Assembly (NCBI GenBank): GCA_963717935.1
Contig: CAVQXP010000004.1
Coordinates: 1,856,001-1,920,000, forward strand
Direction of reading: 5' to 3'
Length of the DNA stretch: 64,000 bases
Origin: Candidatus Eiseniibacteriota bacterium
Lineage (GTDB): Bacteria; Eisenbacteria; RBG-16-71-46
Below are positions 1-12,266 of this stretch, one piece after another (position 1 is the first letter of the stretch; every line of letters starts with the position of its first letter). Below the pieces are notes generated by a model that worked only from the letters and a program-made list of their open reading frames with translations, searched no databases and was not told the origin of the DNA. Position numbers and translations under genes: made by a program.

Positions 1-2
1 GG

Positions 3-131
3 GACCTGGTCTCGCCGCGTGCCGTGACCTTCGCCCCGGACGGCAGCCTGCTCGTGGCCGAGGGCACGGCGGGCCGGGTGCGCCGCTTCGCGCTCGAGCC
101 CGCCAGGACAGCCACGCCGCCCGGGCGCTGA
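3..131 (+). CDS. 3' end of an NHL-repeat / beta-propeller protein (partial)
   Basis: Frame from nt 3 reads DLVSPRAVTFAPDGSLLVAEGTAGRVRRF...TGA(129-131), an NHL-like blade motif. Confidence 0.6.
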   Translation, partial: DLVSPRAVTFAPDGSLLVAEGTAGRVRRFALEPARTATPPGR

Positions 132-134
132 AGC

Positions 135-3100
135 ATGCTGCCCGTGGCGCTGGCGCTGGGCGCGGTGCTGTTCGCGGCGGCGTCCGCGACCGTGCCGCCC
201 GGCCCCGCGCCCGTCGCGTCCCTCCAGCGCGACCCCGGCTGCGGCACGCTGGTCGTGGTGCAGCGCAGCGACGCGCTGCTCTATCGGCTGCCCCGGACCT
301 TCCTGCGGGCGGGCAGCGATTCGGCCTGGAGCCGTACGGGGCCCTGGCGACGGGGCAGCGACTACCTGCTCGACCCGCTGCGGGGCGAACTGCGGCTGCT
401 GCGTTCGCCGCTACCCGGGGACACGCTGTGGCTCGCGGCCTGCTGGCTGCTGGCGCCGCCCGTGCTCGAATGGGAGATGCAGCGCTACCGGCCGGCGCGG
501 CCGCCGGGCGCGCTCGACAGCGCCACCGCGGCGCCGCGCGAGAGCCCGGCCCCAGGTGCGCATCCCGCGACCGCCCGCAGCCCCCTGGTCGCGCCCGCGG
601 GGGCGAGCCTCGCCGTGAACGGGAACAAGACCATCGCCGTGGACTTCGGCTCGAGTCAGGACGCCTTCCTGCGCCAGTCGCTCGACCTCGCGGTGAGCGG
701 GACGCTGTCCCCGGGCGTGGAACTCACGGGCGTGCTCTCCGACCGCAATCTGCCGCTCACCTCGGCGGGCAGCACGCAGGACCTGCAGGCGCTCGACCGC
801 GTCATGATCGAGCTCACGGCGCCGCGGGGCTCGGCCGCGCTCGGCGACGTCTCGCTGAGCCTCCGGCAGGGCGAGTTCGGGCAGCTCGACCGGCGCGTGC
901 AGGGCATGCGGGGCGAGTGGGCGGCGGGTGGCTTCCGCGGGTTCGTGGCGGCGGCCAACTCCCAGGGCGAGTACCTGCGCGTGCAGTTCTACGGCTCCGA
1001 AGGGCAGCAGGGGCCCTACCAGCTCCGCGATCGCAACGGCAACGCGGGCATCTCGGTCGTGGCGGGCAGCGAGGTCGTGACGGTGGACGGTGTGCGCATG
1101 GCCCGCGGCGAGGGGGCGGACTACGCGATCGACTACGAGCGCGCGCGCCTCACGTTCACGAACCGGCGGCCGATCACGGCGACCTCGCGCGTCACGGTGG
1201 ACTACCAGTACACCCTCAACCGCTATCGGCGGAACCTGGTGAGCGCCGCCGGCCGCTGGGAGTCGGGGCGGTTCCGCCTCCACACCCAGTTGATCAGCGA
1301 GAGCGACGACCAGGGCCGGCCACTCGGCCTCACGCTGAGTGCGGAAGACCTGGCGGTGCTGGCCGCGGCCGGTGATTCCGCGGCGCTGGCCCTGGGGCCG
1401 GGCGTGGTCGCGGGTCGCGGGGACTACGATACCGTGCGGGTCGCGGCCGGGGCCCTCGTGTTCGCCTACGCGGGGCTCGACTCGGGAGACTTCAGCGTGC
1501 AGTTCGCGCACGTGGGCGACGGGCTGGGGGACTACGCGGACTCGCTCCTGAGTTCGGGACGCACGGCGTATCGCTGGATGGGTGCGGGCGGGGGGGCGTT
1601 CCGCGTCGGGCGCGCACTGCCGTTCGCCGAGTCCCACCAGCTCTGGTCGCTCGGGACCGGGATGAAGGCCGGGGCACTGCAGCTCGAACTGGAGGGCGCG
1701 GTCTCGAAGCTCGACCCGAACACGTTCTCGGTCCGGGATGACGGACGTCACACCGGCGGCGCAGGCCGGGTCTCCGCCGGCCTCGAGGGACGTCTGCCCG
1801 GGGCCCTGGGCGCGGGCGGCCTGCTCGTGGCAGCCCGTGCCGTGGGCGAGCGCTTCGCGCCCTTCGCGCGGCTCGAGCGCCCCTTCGAGCAGGAGGACTG
1901 GGGCCTGCCCGTGAGCGGGGATCTGCAACACGCGCGGCGCGTCGGATCTGACGGGCTTCGTGCGGCCGCGCGCGGGCGGCGAGCTGCGGGCGCTGGCCGG
2001 CAGGCTGACGCTGCCGGGCGGGTTCTCGTCCTGGCGGCGGGGGCTCGAGTGGCAGCGCGACGGCCGGATCGCGACCCGGGCGCGCTGGGAGCGCGCCGAC
2101 GCCACGCAGGCGGGCCTGCGTCTCGCGGACGGCGGGCGCGAGCGGTGGTCCGGCGAGCTGCGGCTGCGGCTGCCGTGGCTCGAGCCCGCGCTGCGCGCCG
2201 AGACCGACGAGCGGCGCTTCGCCGGTGACACGGCCCGCACCGGCGACCGCTACCGCGAGACGGGGGCGGAGCTGCGCAGCCCGAGCCGGCTCGCCTGGCG
2301 CGCGCTCGCGGGCTGGAGCCTGCGCCGCGACGGGCGGCTCGTGACCGGTGAGTTCGTGGACCAGTCGCAGGCGCGGACTCTGAGGGTCGCGCTCGAGACT
2401 CCGGCCGATGCGGCGCTCTCGGCCGTGCTGAACCTGCAGCGCCGCCTGATCGAGCCGCTCGCGGACCCGCGGCGCAGCCGCAGCGACCTGGCCAGCGTGC
2501 GGCTCAAGGGCGAGCAGCCGCGCCGCGGGCTGCGCGGGCATCTCGACCTGGAGATCACCAGCGAGGGCGAGAACCAGCGCCTGCGGCGCGCCGTCTACGT
2601 GGGAACGGGCAAGGGCGGCTACGACGCGCTCGGCAATTACACGGGCACGGGCGACTACGATCTGGTCGTGGAGGTGAGCGGGTCGCTCACGCCGGTGGCC
2701 CGCGCGGCCACGAGCGCGCGCGCCGAGTGGCAGTTCGCCGGGCAGGGCGCGTGGCGGGGCACGCGGGCGGGATTCGACTTCGAGACCGAGTCGCGGCGGC
2801 GCGGCGAGTTGCGCGCGCTGGACCCGTTCCTCGCGCCCGGGGCGGCGTTGACGGACCCGACGCTCTCCCGCGCCAGCGTGCTGCAGCGCCTGGAGGCCGA
2901 GGTCGCCGCCCGAGTCGCGCAGCGCCGCGCTGCGCCTGCGCGCCGAGCGGCGGGTGACCGGCGACCGCTCGTACGAGAACTTCGCGCAGACGCTCGATGA
3001 CCGCACCCTGAGCGCGCGCTGGCGCACCCGCCCCGGCACCGTCGTGGGCACCGAGCTGGAGGCGCGAGCGCGGCGCCGCGTGGCGGTCCAGGCCCTGATC

Positions 3101-3512
3101 GGCGAGCGCGGGCTACGCCCGCACGCTGATCGAGCAGACCGGCACGGGACAACTGGTCTACACGCCGGGCGCGAAGCTGCGGGCAGTGGGCGTGCTCGAG
3201 TTCACGCGCTCGCGGCCCGAGGGCGAGACGGAATACACGCGGACCCTGCGATTGGGCCCGGATCTGGGCTACGCCTTCGGCAAGCGTGGACGCGCGGAGC
3301 TCAGGCTCAGGCGCGCGTTCGTCGCGGGGCCGCCGGCCGTGAACCTGTTGCCGACCGCCGACCCGGCGGGGGTGCCGCGCTGGGAGGCCACCGCCCGGGC
3401 GGACTACCGGGTCCACGAGAACACCACCGCGAGCCTGTCGCTGGACGTGCGCGAGCGGGCGGGGCGCTCGGCGCTCATGACCGGGCGCGCGGAGCTGAGG
3501 GCCTTCTTCTGA
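135..3512 (+). CDS. Large (~1100 aa) exported outer-membrane beta-barrel protein, SprA-like segments; frameshifted
   Basis: Signal peptide. Joined from ORFs 135-, 1960-, 2954- and 3186-3512 (shifts near 1945, 2910, 3105). Motifs QSLDLAVSGTL, VVAGSEVVTVDG, DYAIDYERARLTF. Amphipathic strands; C-terminal ELRAFF. Confidence 0.65.
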
Positions 3513-5243
3513 TGAGACGCGCGGGCGCGATCCTGATGGCCGTGGCGATGCTCGGCGCCCCGACGGGCGGGGGCGGCGCACGCGCGGCCGCCCGGCTCGA
3601 GTACCGGGGCACCGTGTTGCCGCGGCGGGAGGTCCAGGCGCTCGCGGTCCCCGCGCTGCGCGCGCCGGGCGACTCGACCGCGCTGGCGGCGCTGCTCGGC
3701 ACGGTGGTCACGCGGCTCCAGGAACTCGGTCATCTCGAGGCCCGGGCGGAGGCCGCGTGGGACGCGGGCCGGGGCGCCCTGTGGCTGGAGACACGGGAAG
3801 GTCCGCTGCTTCCGCCTGCGCTCGGTCACGATCGAGGCGCCGGACCGCTCGGACTCGGCCGCCTTCGGCGCGGAGCTCACGCGGCGCGTCGGGCGACGCG
3901 GCGTCCCCGGGCGCGGCAGGCCAGGCGGGGGAGCGCGCGCTGCGGGCGGTCGCGGACGAGGGTTATCCGTATGCGCGGTTGAGCCTGAGCCGGTTCGAGG
4001 TGGACACCGCCGGGGCCCCGCCTGGAGCGGCCGGCGGCGTGGCGCTGAGCTACGCCGGGACGCGCGGGCCCCGAGTGGTGATCTCGCGGCTGCGCGTGGA
4101 CGGGCTCAAGGTCACGCGGCCGGACGTGGCGACGCGCGCACTGGGACGGCTGACCGGGAGGCCCTGGGACCGGGCCGCGGCGTTGGCGGCGCGCGAACGG
4201 CTCGCCCAGCTCGGGCTCTTCCGCAACGCCTCCTTCGAGGGGCTCGAGGGAGAGGCCGACTGGAGCCGGGCATGTCTCGTCTACCGTGTCGAGGAGCCGC
4301 GCTACAATCGCTTCGAGGCGGTCGCGGGCTTCCAGGGCGACGCCGGCACCGCGGGGCTGGCGCGGCTCGAGTTGGGCAACCTTCTGGGCACCGGACGTTC
4401 GGCGGCGTTGCGCTGGGAGTCGCGCGGCCGGGGGCGGTCGGACTTCGAGGCGCGCTACGCCGAACCGCTCCTGCTCGGTGCGCCGCTGCGGCTCGAGGGC
4501 GTGATGCAGCAGCAGATCCAGGACTCGCTCTATGCGCGCACGCGCTGGGGCGGGACGCGCGCGCTTCACGCTCGGTGCGCAGGAGCGGCTCGAGGTGGGC
4601 TGGGAGCAGGAGCGCGTGGTGCAGGAGCGCGGCGAACTGGAACGCGCGGAGATCCAGAGCACGCTCTTCGCGCTCGAGCGCAGCACGCTCGACGAGCCGC
4701 CTGGCGCCGCGTCGCGGCACGCGCACGCGGCTCGAGGCCACGCAGTCCTTCAAGCGAGAGGTCCTGCGCCCGTCGGGGGAGAGGAGCGCGCGGGCCTCGG
4801 CGGCCCAGCTGCGGGGCGAGTGGCATCGTCCGTTGGGGCGCGCGGCGGGGCTGAGCCTGGAGCTGACGGGCGCGGGCCGGCTCAGCTCGCAGCGCGTGCT
4901 GCCGCTCTTCGAGCGCTACGCGATGGGTGGGGCGGCGAGCCTGCGGGGCTACGACGAGGAGACCTTCCGCGTCGACCGCTACGCGCTCTCGCGCCTGGAG
5001 TGGCGCTGGTTCCTGGGGCGGGGCGGGCAGCGCGCGTTCGTGTTCTGGGACCACGCCGTGATGGGCACGCGCCTCGCGCTTCCGGAAGGTGGCGACCGGC
5101 TCGAGGTGTTGCAGCGCGACGGAGCGGGTTTCGGGCTGCGGCTCGAGGCGGCGGGCGGACTGGTGGGCGTGGACTACGGCCTCGAGCCGGGCCGCCCGCC
5201 GCTCGAAGGCAAGATCCACCTGCAGCTGGTCTCGACGTTCTGA
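3512..5243 (+). CDS. BamA/TamA (Omp85) family outer-membrane protein with POTRA domains; frameshifted
   Basis: TGATG coupling to the upstream gene, signal peptide, POTRA motifs (ADEGYPYA, RLAQLGLF), NLLGTGR, GGAASLRGY (VRGF/Y-like), C-terminal F. Shifts near 3805-3895, 4555 and 4700. Confidence 0.8.
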
Positions 5244-5316
5244 CGCGCGCGGTCCGCCGCGCCGCTCGCGTGCATGCCGCCGCCGTTCGTGGATAATGCG
5301 CGCGGAGGGGAGAGCC

Positions 5317-7501
5317 GTGTCGCTGGTCCGCGAGGTCGAGACGTTGCTGGCGCCGGAGGGGCGACTCTCGCGGCGCTGGCCGCGCTACGAGGAGCGGACG
5401 GTCCAGCGCCGGCTCGCCGCGGACATCGCGCGGGTGATCGAGCAGGGCGGCGTGCTGCTGGCGGAGGCGCCGACGGGCGTGGGCAAGTCGCTGGCCTACC
5501 TGCTGCCCGCGGTGCTCCACGCGCAGCAGCGGCGAGCGGCGGGTGGTCGTGGCGACCTGCACGCGCTCGCTCCAGGACCAGCTCTTCGAGCGCGATCTGC
5601 CGGCACTGCTGGAGGCCGTGGACCTGCGGCTGCCCTGCGCCCGTCTCAAGGGCAAGCAGAACTACCTCTGCCCGCGCGCTCTCCAGCAGATCGACGGACG
5701 CGGCCCCGAGGAGGACGAGACCCTCGACGAGCTGCGCCGCTGGGCGGCCGCCGACGAGGAGGGCGACCTCGATCGCTTCCCGGCCTCCGACCCCGAGGCG
5801 ATGCGGCGCCTGCGCGGACGCCTCGGCGCGGATCCGCACGCCTGCACCATGCTCACCTGCCGCAAGGGCCGGGAGTGCTACTGGGTGCGGGCGCGGCGCG
5901 TGGCCGCGCAGGCGCGCGTGGTGGTCGTGAACCATGCGCTGCTCGCGATCTCCGGCGAGGTGGAGGGCCTGCTCCCCGACTTCGACGTGCTGGTGGTGGA
6001 CGAGGCCCACCGGCTCGAGGGCGTGCTGCTGGGGCAGCTCGAGGTCTCGGTGTCGCGCAACCGCATCGAGGAGGCGCTGCGGCTGGTCGGCACGGGCCGG
6101 AGGCGGGGCGGTCGCGCGGTCGGGCTCGCCGGGGAATCCCGCGGGGCCTCGTCGCGCGCGTGCGCGGCTTCGCCCTGCCGCTCTTCACCGCGGAGAAGGG
6201 CAGCGCGAAGGCCGCGCGCGAGGAGTTGGACGCGCTGGCGGGAGCGGGTCACGCAGGCCCGCGAGGACGCCGACCGCTTCTTCGAGACGATCGAGCCCAG
6301 GGGCGAGCGTCACGAGGTCTACGGGGCGCGGGAGCGGTATCGCTCGGCCCTCGAGCTGCTCGGGCGCGACCTCGAGCCGCTCGAGGCCATCCTCTCGCAC
6401 TGCAACCGGTTCGCGCGCTCACTTCATCTGCTGGCCGAGGACCTCGATGGGCCTCAGGGCAGGCGAGGCGGCGGACGATCTGGTGGGTGAGCTCGAGCAG
6501 GTGGGTGGCCGCTTCGCGCAGCTCGGGGTCGACCTGGGGCACCTCGCCGAAGCGACCCACCGCGACTGGGTCTACTGGCGGAGCGCCGGTGGCCGCGGGG
6601 TCGAGCTGCACGGGTCACCGGTGAGCGTGGGGGACCACGCGCGGCGGCTGGTGATCGGCAGGGCCCGCGCGGCGATCCTCACGTCGGCGACACTCTCCAC
6701 GGGCGGGGACTTCGGCTTCCTGGCCGAACGGCTGGGCCTGGGCGAATCGTGGGGGCTGCCCTACGAGACGGCCTCGTACCCGTCTCCGTTCCCGCTCGCA
6801 GCGCCAGATGAAGGTGTTCGTCTACGAGGGGGACGGGGGCGAGGCCGAGGCGGTGAGCGAGGTGGTCGCCGAGCTGGCGCGCGCGACCGGGAGGAACCAG
6901 CTCGTGCTCTTCACGGCCCACGAGCGCCTGCGGCGCGTCCGCGAGCGGCTGCTGTCGAGCCTCGAGGCCGGCGGGCCGCTGCTCGCGCAGGAATGGGATG
7001 GGCCCGCCAGCCTGCTGGCCGAGCGCTTCCGCCTCGAGCGCGGCGCCGTCTTGCTCGGAGTCCAGAGCCTGTGGGAAGGTGTGGACTTCCCGGGTGAGGC
7101 GCTCGAGATCCTCGTGGTCGCGAAGCTCCCTTTCTCCGTGCCGGACGAGCCTCTGGTCGAGGCGCGGGGGGAGCGGCTGCGCGAGCAGGGGCTCGAGCCG
7201 TTCCAGCACGACGCGGTACCCGAAGCGGTGTTGCGTTTCCGACAGGGGGTGGGCCGCCTGATCCGCCGTCTCCGACGATCGTGGGGTCCTGGTGGTGTGT
7301 GATCCGCGGCTGGTCACGGCCTCGTACCGCAGGCCGTTCCTCGAGTCGCTGCCGGTCGTGCCCGAGCGGACCCGCGACGCGCGCGCGCTGGCAGCGGGGG
7401 CGGCGCGCTTCCTCGGTGGTGCTGCGGCCGCCCCGGAGGCGGTGGTGGCGCCGCCCTTGCCGGCCGGTCCCGCCGTCCCCGGGTCGGGGGAGCGGCCGTG
7501 A
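5317..7501 (+). CDS. dinG: DinG/YoaA family ATP-dependent Fe-S DNA helicase; frameshifted
   Basis: Q motif YEERTVQ, EAPTGVGKS, four Fe-S Cys (YLC...CTMLTC...CY), VVDEAH, TSATL, WEGVDFPG, KLPF, QGVGRLIR spread over several frames. Confidence 0.88.
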
Positions 7502-9033
7502 TCCTGCTCGGGGGTCCTGCGCTCTCGCTGGACGACGTCGCCGCCGTCGCGCGCGCGACGGGCGACGGGTTGCGCGATGTGCGGGTCGGTCTGGCGCCGG
7601 GGGCGCGGGAACGCATGCAGGCGAGCCGGGCGGTGGTGGAGGCCGCGGTCGCCGAGGGCCGTGTCGTCTACGGCGTGACGACCGGATTCGGTGAGCTCAA
7701 GGACCGCGTGATCCCGCGCGATCAGGTGCGGGCGCTGCAGGTGAACCTGCTGCGCTCGCATGCCGCCGGGGTGGGGCCCGAGGCCCCCCGCGAGGTGCCA
7801 CGCGCCATGCTGCTGCTGCGCGCGGCGTCGCTGGCGTACGGCCGCTCGGGCGTGCGCCCGGAGGTGGTCGAGGCCCTGCTCGCGCTGCTCGAGCGCGATG
7901 TCACCCCGGTGGTCCCGCTGCAGGGCTCGGTGGGCGCCTCGGGTGATCTGGCGCCGCTCGCGCACCTTGCCGGCGTCCTCGTGGGCGAAGGCGAGGCCTG
8001 GCTCGGCGACCGCAGGCTGCCGGCCGCGCTGGCCCTGCGTGGCGCGGGGCTCGAGCCGCTGGCGCTCGAGGCCAAGGAGGGCCTGGCGCTGATCAACGGC
8101 ACGCAGTTCTCCACCGCACTGGCGGTGCTGGCGCGCGTGGACGCCGGGCGGGTCTGGGAGGCGGCGGTGGCCGCGGCGGCGCTGAGCACCGACGTGCTGC
8201 TGGGCTCCTTCGAACCCGCGCGCGAGGACGTGCAGTCGCTGCGTCCCTACCGGGGCGCCCTCGAGACGGCGCGGCGGCTGCGGGCCTGTGCGGCCGAGAG
8301 CACCCTCACCGCCTCGCATGCCGGCTGCGCCCAGGTACAGGACGCCTACTGCCTGCGCTGCGCGCCGCAGGTCCTGGGGGCGGCGTACGACGCGCTCCAG
8401 CACGTGGGGGCACAGCTTGCGGTCGAGGTGAACGCGGTGAACGACAACCCGCTGGTGCTCGCGGACGGCGAGGAGGTCATCTCGGCCGGGCTCTTCCATG
8501 CCGAGCCCGTGGGGATGGCCGCTGACTACCTGAAGATCGCGGTGGCGGAGATCGCATCGCTCTCCGAGCGCCGCACCGACCGGTTGCTGGACGGCCGCGG
8601 GTCGGGGCTGCCGGCGGTGCTGGCCAACAGGCCGGGCCTGGAGTCCGGCTACATGCAGGCGCAGTACACCGCGGCGGCGCTGGTCTCCGAGAACAAGGTG
8701 CTGGCCCACCCGGCCACGGTGGACTCGATCCCCACCGGGGCCGGGCTGGAGGACCACGTCAGCATGGCGCCCATCGCGGCGCGCCACGCGCGCGCCGTGG
8801 TGGAGAACACGGCGCGGGTGGTGGCGCTGGAGCTGCTGTGCGCGTGCCGGGCGCTGGAGTTCCGGCGCCCGCTCACCGCCGGGACCGGCTCCGAGCGGCT
8901 CTACGCCGCGATCCGACGTCTCGTGCCCGCACCCGAGGGTGACAGGCCGCTCTCGGAACCGTGTGAGCTGGTGACGGGGTGGGTGCTTTCGAGCGCCCCC
9001 GAACGTCTGGCCCAGGAGGTGTTGAGCGAATGA
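7498..9033 (+). CDS. hutH: Histidine ammonia-lyase
   Basis: [12 protein letters not shown]-forming [39 protein letters not shown]. Confidence 0.96.
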   Translation: MILLGGPALSLDDVAAVARATGDGLRDVRVGLAPGARERMQASRAVVEAAVAEGRVVYGVTTGFGELKDRVIPRDQVRALQVNLLRSHAAGVGPEAPREVPRAMLLLRAASLAYGRSGVRPEVVEALLALLERDVTPVVPLQGSVGASGDLAPLAHLAGVLVGEGEAWLGDRRLPAALALRGAGLEPLALEAKEGLALINGTQFSTALAVLARVDAGRVWEAAVAAAALSTDVLLGSFEPAREDVQSLRPYRGALETARRLRACAAESTLTASHAGCAQVQDAYCLRCAPQVLGAAYDALQHVGAQLAVEVNAVNDNPLVLADGEEVISAGLFHAEPVGMAADYLKIAVAEIASLSERRTDRLLDGRGSGLPAVLANRPGLESGYMQAQYTAAALVSENKVLAHPATVDSIPTGAGLEDHVSMAPIAARHARAVVENTARVVALELLCACRALEFRRPLTAGTGSERLYAAIRRLVPAPEGDRPLSEPCELVTGWVLSSAPERLAQEVLSE

Positions 9034-10706
9034 ACCCGACCCCCGTGACGCGCGTCGTGCGCGCACCGCGCGGCACGACGCTCTCGTGCAAGGGCTGGGC
9101 GCAGGAGGCCGCGCTGCGCATGCTCATGAACAATCTGGACCCCGAGGTGGCCGAGCGGCCGGAGGATCTCGTGGTCTACGGCGGCCGCGGCAAGGCGGCG
9201 CGTTCCTGGGAGGCCTACGAGCGCATCGTCGCGGCGCTGCGGGCGCTGGAGGGCGACGAGACCCTGCTGGTGCAGTCGGGCAAGCCGGTCGGTGTCTTCC
9301 GCACCCATGCCGGTGCCCCGCGCGTGCTCATCGCCAACTCGCTGCTGGTGCCGCGCTGGGCCACCTGGGAGCATTTCTGGGAGCTCGAGGGCAAGGGCCT
9401 CATGATGTACGGGCAGATGACGGCGGGCTCGTGGATCTACATCGGCTCGCAGGGCATCGTCCAGGGCACGTTCGAGACCTTCGCCGAGTGCGCCGTGCGT
9501 CACTTCGGCGGCTCGCTCGCCGGGCGGCTCGTGCTGACCGCCGGACTCGGCGGCATGGGCGGCGCCCAGCCGCTGGCGGCGACGATGAACGGCGCCGTCT
9601 GCCTGGCGGTCGAGGTGGACGAGGCCCGGGCGCGGCGTCGCGTGGAGCGGCGGCTACTGCGACCGGCTGACGCCCGACATGGACGAGGCCATCGGCCTGG
9701 TGCCGGGAGGCCCTGGCGGCGCGGCGGCCGCTCAGCGTGGCGCTCGATCGGCAACGCGGCCGAGACGCACCCGCGGCTGGTCAAGCAGGGCCTGCGCGTG
9801 GACATCGCCACCGACCAGACCTCGGCGCACGATCCGCTCAACGGCTACGTCCCGGCGGGCTCACGCTCGAGCAGGCCGCAGCGCTGCGCGCGCAGGACCC
9901 GCGAGGAGTACGTGCGCCGGGCCCGCGCCTCGATGGCCACGCAGGTGAAGGCCCTGCTGATGATGAAACAACTGGGCACGGTCCTCTTCGACTACGGCAA
10001 CAACCTGCGCGGCGAGGCCGAGCAGGGCGGCCTGCCGCACGAGCAGGCGTTCTCCTATCCCGGCTTCGTGCCGGAGTACATCCGGCCGCTCTTCTGCACG
10101 GGCAAGGGCCCGTTCCGCTGGGCGGCGCTCTCGGGCGACCCGGCGGACATCCTCGCCACCGACCGCGCCGCGCTCGAGGAGTTCCCGCACGACGAGCGGC
10201 TGCACCGCTGGATCCCGCTGGCCCAGAAGCACGTGCGCTTCCAGGGCCTGCCCGCCCGCATCTGCTGGCTGGGCTACGGCGAGCGAGCGCGGCTCGGCCT
10301 GCGCTTCAACCGCATGGTGCGCGAGGGCGCGCTCCAGGCGCCGGTCGTGATCGGCCGCGACCACCTCGACGCCGGTTCGGTCGCGTCGCCCTGGCGCGAG
10401 ACGGAGGGGATGCGCGACGGCAGCGATGCGGTCGCCGACTGGCCCATCCTGAACGCCCTGCTCAACACCGCCTCGGGTGCGTCGTGGGTGAGCGTGCACC
10501 ATGGTGGCGGGGTGGGCATCGGCAACTCCATCCACGCGGGCGTGGTCATCGTGTGCGACGGCAGCGCCGATGCGGACGCGAAGCTGGAGCGCGTGCTCAC
10601 CAATGACCCGGGGACCGGGGTCATGCGTCACGCCGACGCGGGCTACCCGAGCGCCATCGAACATGCCAGGAAGACCGGGATGAAGCTGCCCGGCGTCACT
10701 TCGTGA
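9030..10706 (+). CDS. hutU: Urocanate hydratase (internal compensating frameshifts ~9650-9900)
   Basis: [55 protein letters not shown]. Confidence 0.96.
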   Translation: MNPTPVTRVVRAPRGTTLSCKGWAQEAALRMLMNNLDPEVAERPEDLVVYGGRGKAARSWEAYERIVAALRALEGDETLLVQSGKPVGVFRTHAGAPRVLIANSLLVPRWATWEHFWELEGKGLMMYGQMTAGSWIYIGSQGIVQGTFETFAECAVRHFGGSLAGRLVLTAGLGGMGGAQPLAATMNGAVCLAVEVDEARARRRVERRLLRPADARHGRGHRPGAGRPWRRGGRSAWRSIGNAAETHPRLVKQGLRVDIATDQTSAHDPLNGYVPAGSRSSRPQRCARRTREEYVRRARASMATQVKALLMMKQLGTVLFDYGNNLRGEAEQGGLPHEQAFSYPGFVPEYIRPLFCTGKGPFRWAALSGDPADILATDRAALEEFPHDERLHRWIPLAQKHVRFQGLPARICWLGYGERARLGLRFNRMVREGALQAPVVIGRDHLDAGSVASPWRETEGMRDGSDAVADWPILNALLNTASGASWVSVHHGGGVGIGNSIHAGVVIVCDGSADADAKLERVLTNDPGTGVMRHADAGYPSAIEHARKTGMKLPGVTS

Positions 10707-10713
10707 GTCGCCG

Positions 10714-12010
10714 ATGATCCCCGATCCCTCGCGCGATCCGTTCTCGCGGCCGGTGGCCGGGCGAGCGTCGTACCTGATCCTGCACAACACCTCGGAAGTG
10801 GTGACGCCCGATCCCGGCGGGCCGGGCAGTGCTGCGGTACCCGCGCGGGGCGATCGTCTTCCAGGAGGGGCGCGTGCTGGAGGTCGGGCCGGGCCCCGAG
10901 CTGACGAGACGTCACCCGGAGGCGCGGCCGCTCAACGCCTACGGCAAGCTGGTCACGCCCGGGCTGGTGGACTGCCATACGCACATGATCTTCGCCGGGT
11001 GCCGCGCCGGCGAGCTCCAGCGCCGGCTCAAGGGCGAGGACTACGCCGCCATCGCCGCGTCGGGCGGGGGCATCCGGTCGACCGTCGCGGCGACCGCCGC
11101 CGAGCGTGACGACACGCTCGAGAAGTCGCTCGCGAACCGGCTCGAGCGCTGGCGCGCCAACGGCTGCACCACGGTCGAGGTCAAGAGCGGCTACGGCCTC
11201 ACGCCTTCGGGCGAGACCCGCCTGCTCGAGTTGATGCGCGGCGCCGGGCAGCGCGTGCCGGCGCGGCTGCACCGCACCGCGCTCCTGCTGCACGCCCTGC
11301 CGGCCGAGTTCCGGGAGCGCCGCGGGGAGTACCTCGCGGCCATGGTCGAGCGGGTGCTGCCCGACGTCGCCACGCGCCAGCTCGCCAGCGCCGTGGATGT
11401 CTACTGCGACCCGGTGGCCTTCACGGTGGAGGAGTGCCGCGCGGTGCTCGCGCGCGCGCAGGAGCTGGGCCTGGACATCAAGTTGCACGCCGACCAGCAC
11501 AAGCGCAGCGGCGGCGCGCTGCTCGCCGCGGAGCTGAGGGCCTGCTCGGCGGACCACCTCGAGAGCGCGACCGAGGCGGATTGGCAGGCGCTGGCCGGCG
11601 CCGGGGTCGTGGGCGTGCTCCTGCCCGGAGCCGCGCTGACCCTGGGGCAGCCGCTGCCCGAGGCCGCGATGCTGCGCCGCAGCGGGGCGCGCTGGGCGAT
11701 CGCGACCGACTTCAACCCCGGCACGTCGCCGGCGCAGTCGCTGCTCGAATGCGCCGCGCTGGCGGCGCGGCTGTGTGGCTTCGACGCCGAGGAGACGCTG
11801 ATGAGCGTCACCTGGAACGCGGCGCGGGCGCTCAAGGTCGAGGCCGAGGTCGGGCACCTGAACCCCGGCGCCTGGGGCGACGCCGTGGTCTGGGAGTGCG
11901 AGTCGCTCGAGGAGTTGCCGTACTGGCTGCCAGCCGTCCGCCCCGACACCGTCTTCATGCGCGGCGCCGACCTGGCGCTGCCTTCCGTCGAGCGGCGGGT
12001 CTGGCCGTGA
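10714..12010 (+). CDS. hutI: Imidazolonepropionase (frameshift ~10828)
   Basis: PGLVDCHTH, EVKSGYG, LHADQ, ADHL, ATDFNPG; position in hut operon. Confidence 0.92.
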
Positions 12011-12266
12011 TGCAGCCGCGCCGGGACGGGCCATCTGCCGCGTCGCCGGGCCGGTCCCGGCCGGCGGGGGTGCGGGTGGGCGAGCGCGTGATCCAGGCCC
12101 CGATGCTCCGCTCCCGGCGCGGGCAGGCGCGGACCGGCGTGCGAGCCGCTCTCCCCGGCGCCGTCCGGCACCGGCTGCGCGTCGTGCCCGTCACCACGTT
12201 GAATCCCGATCGGGTCACCCCGCATCCGGGGCCCCGCCCACACAACTGACGGAGAATCCCATCCCC

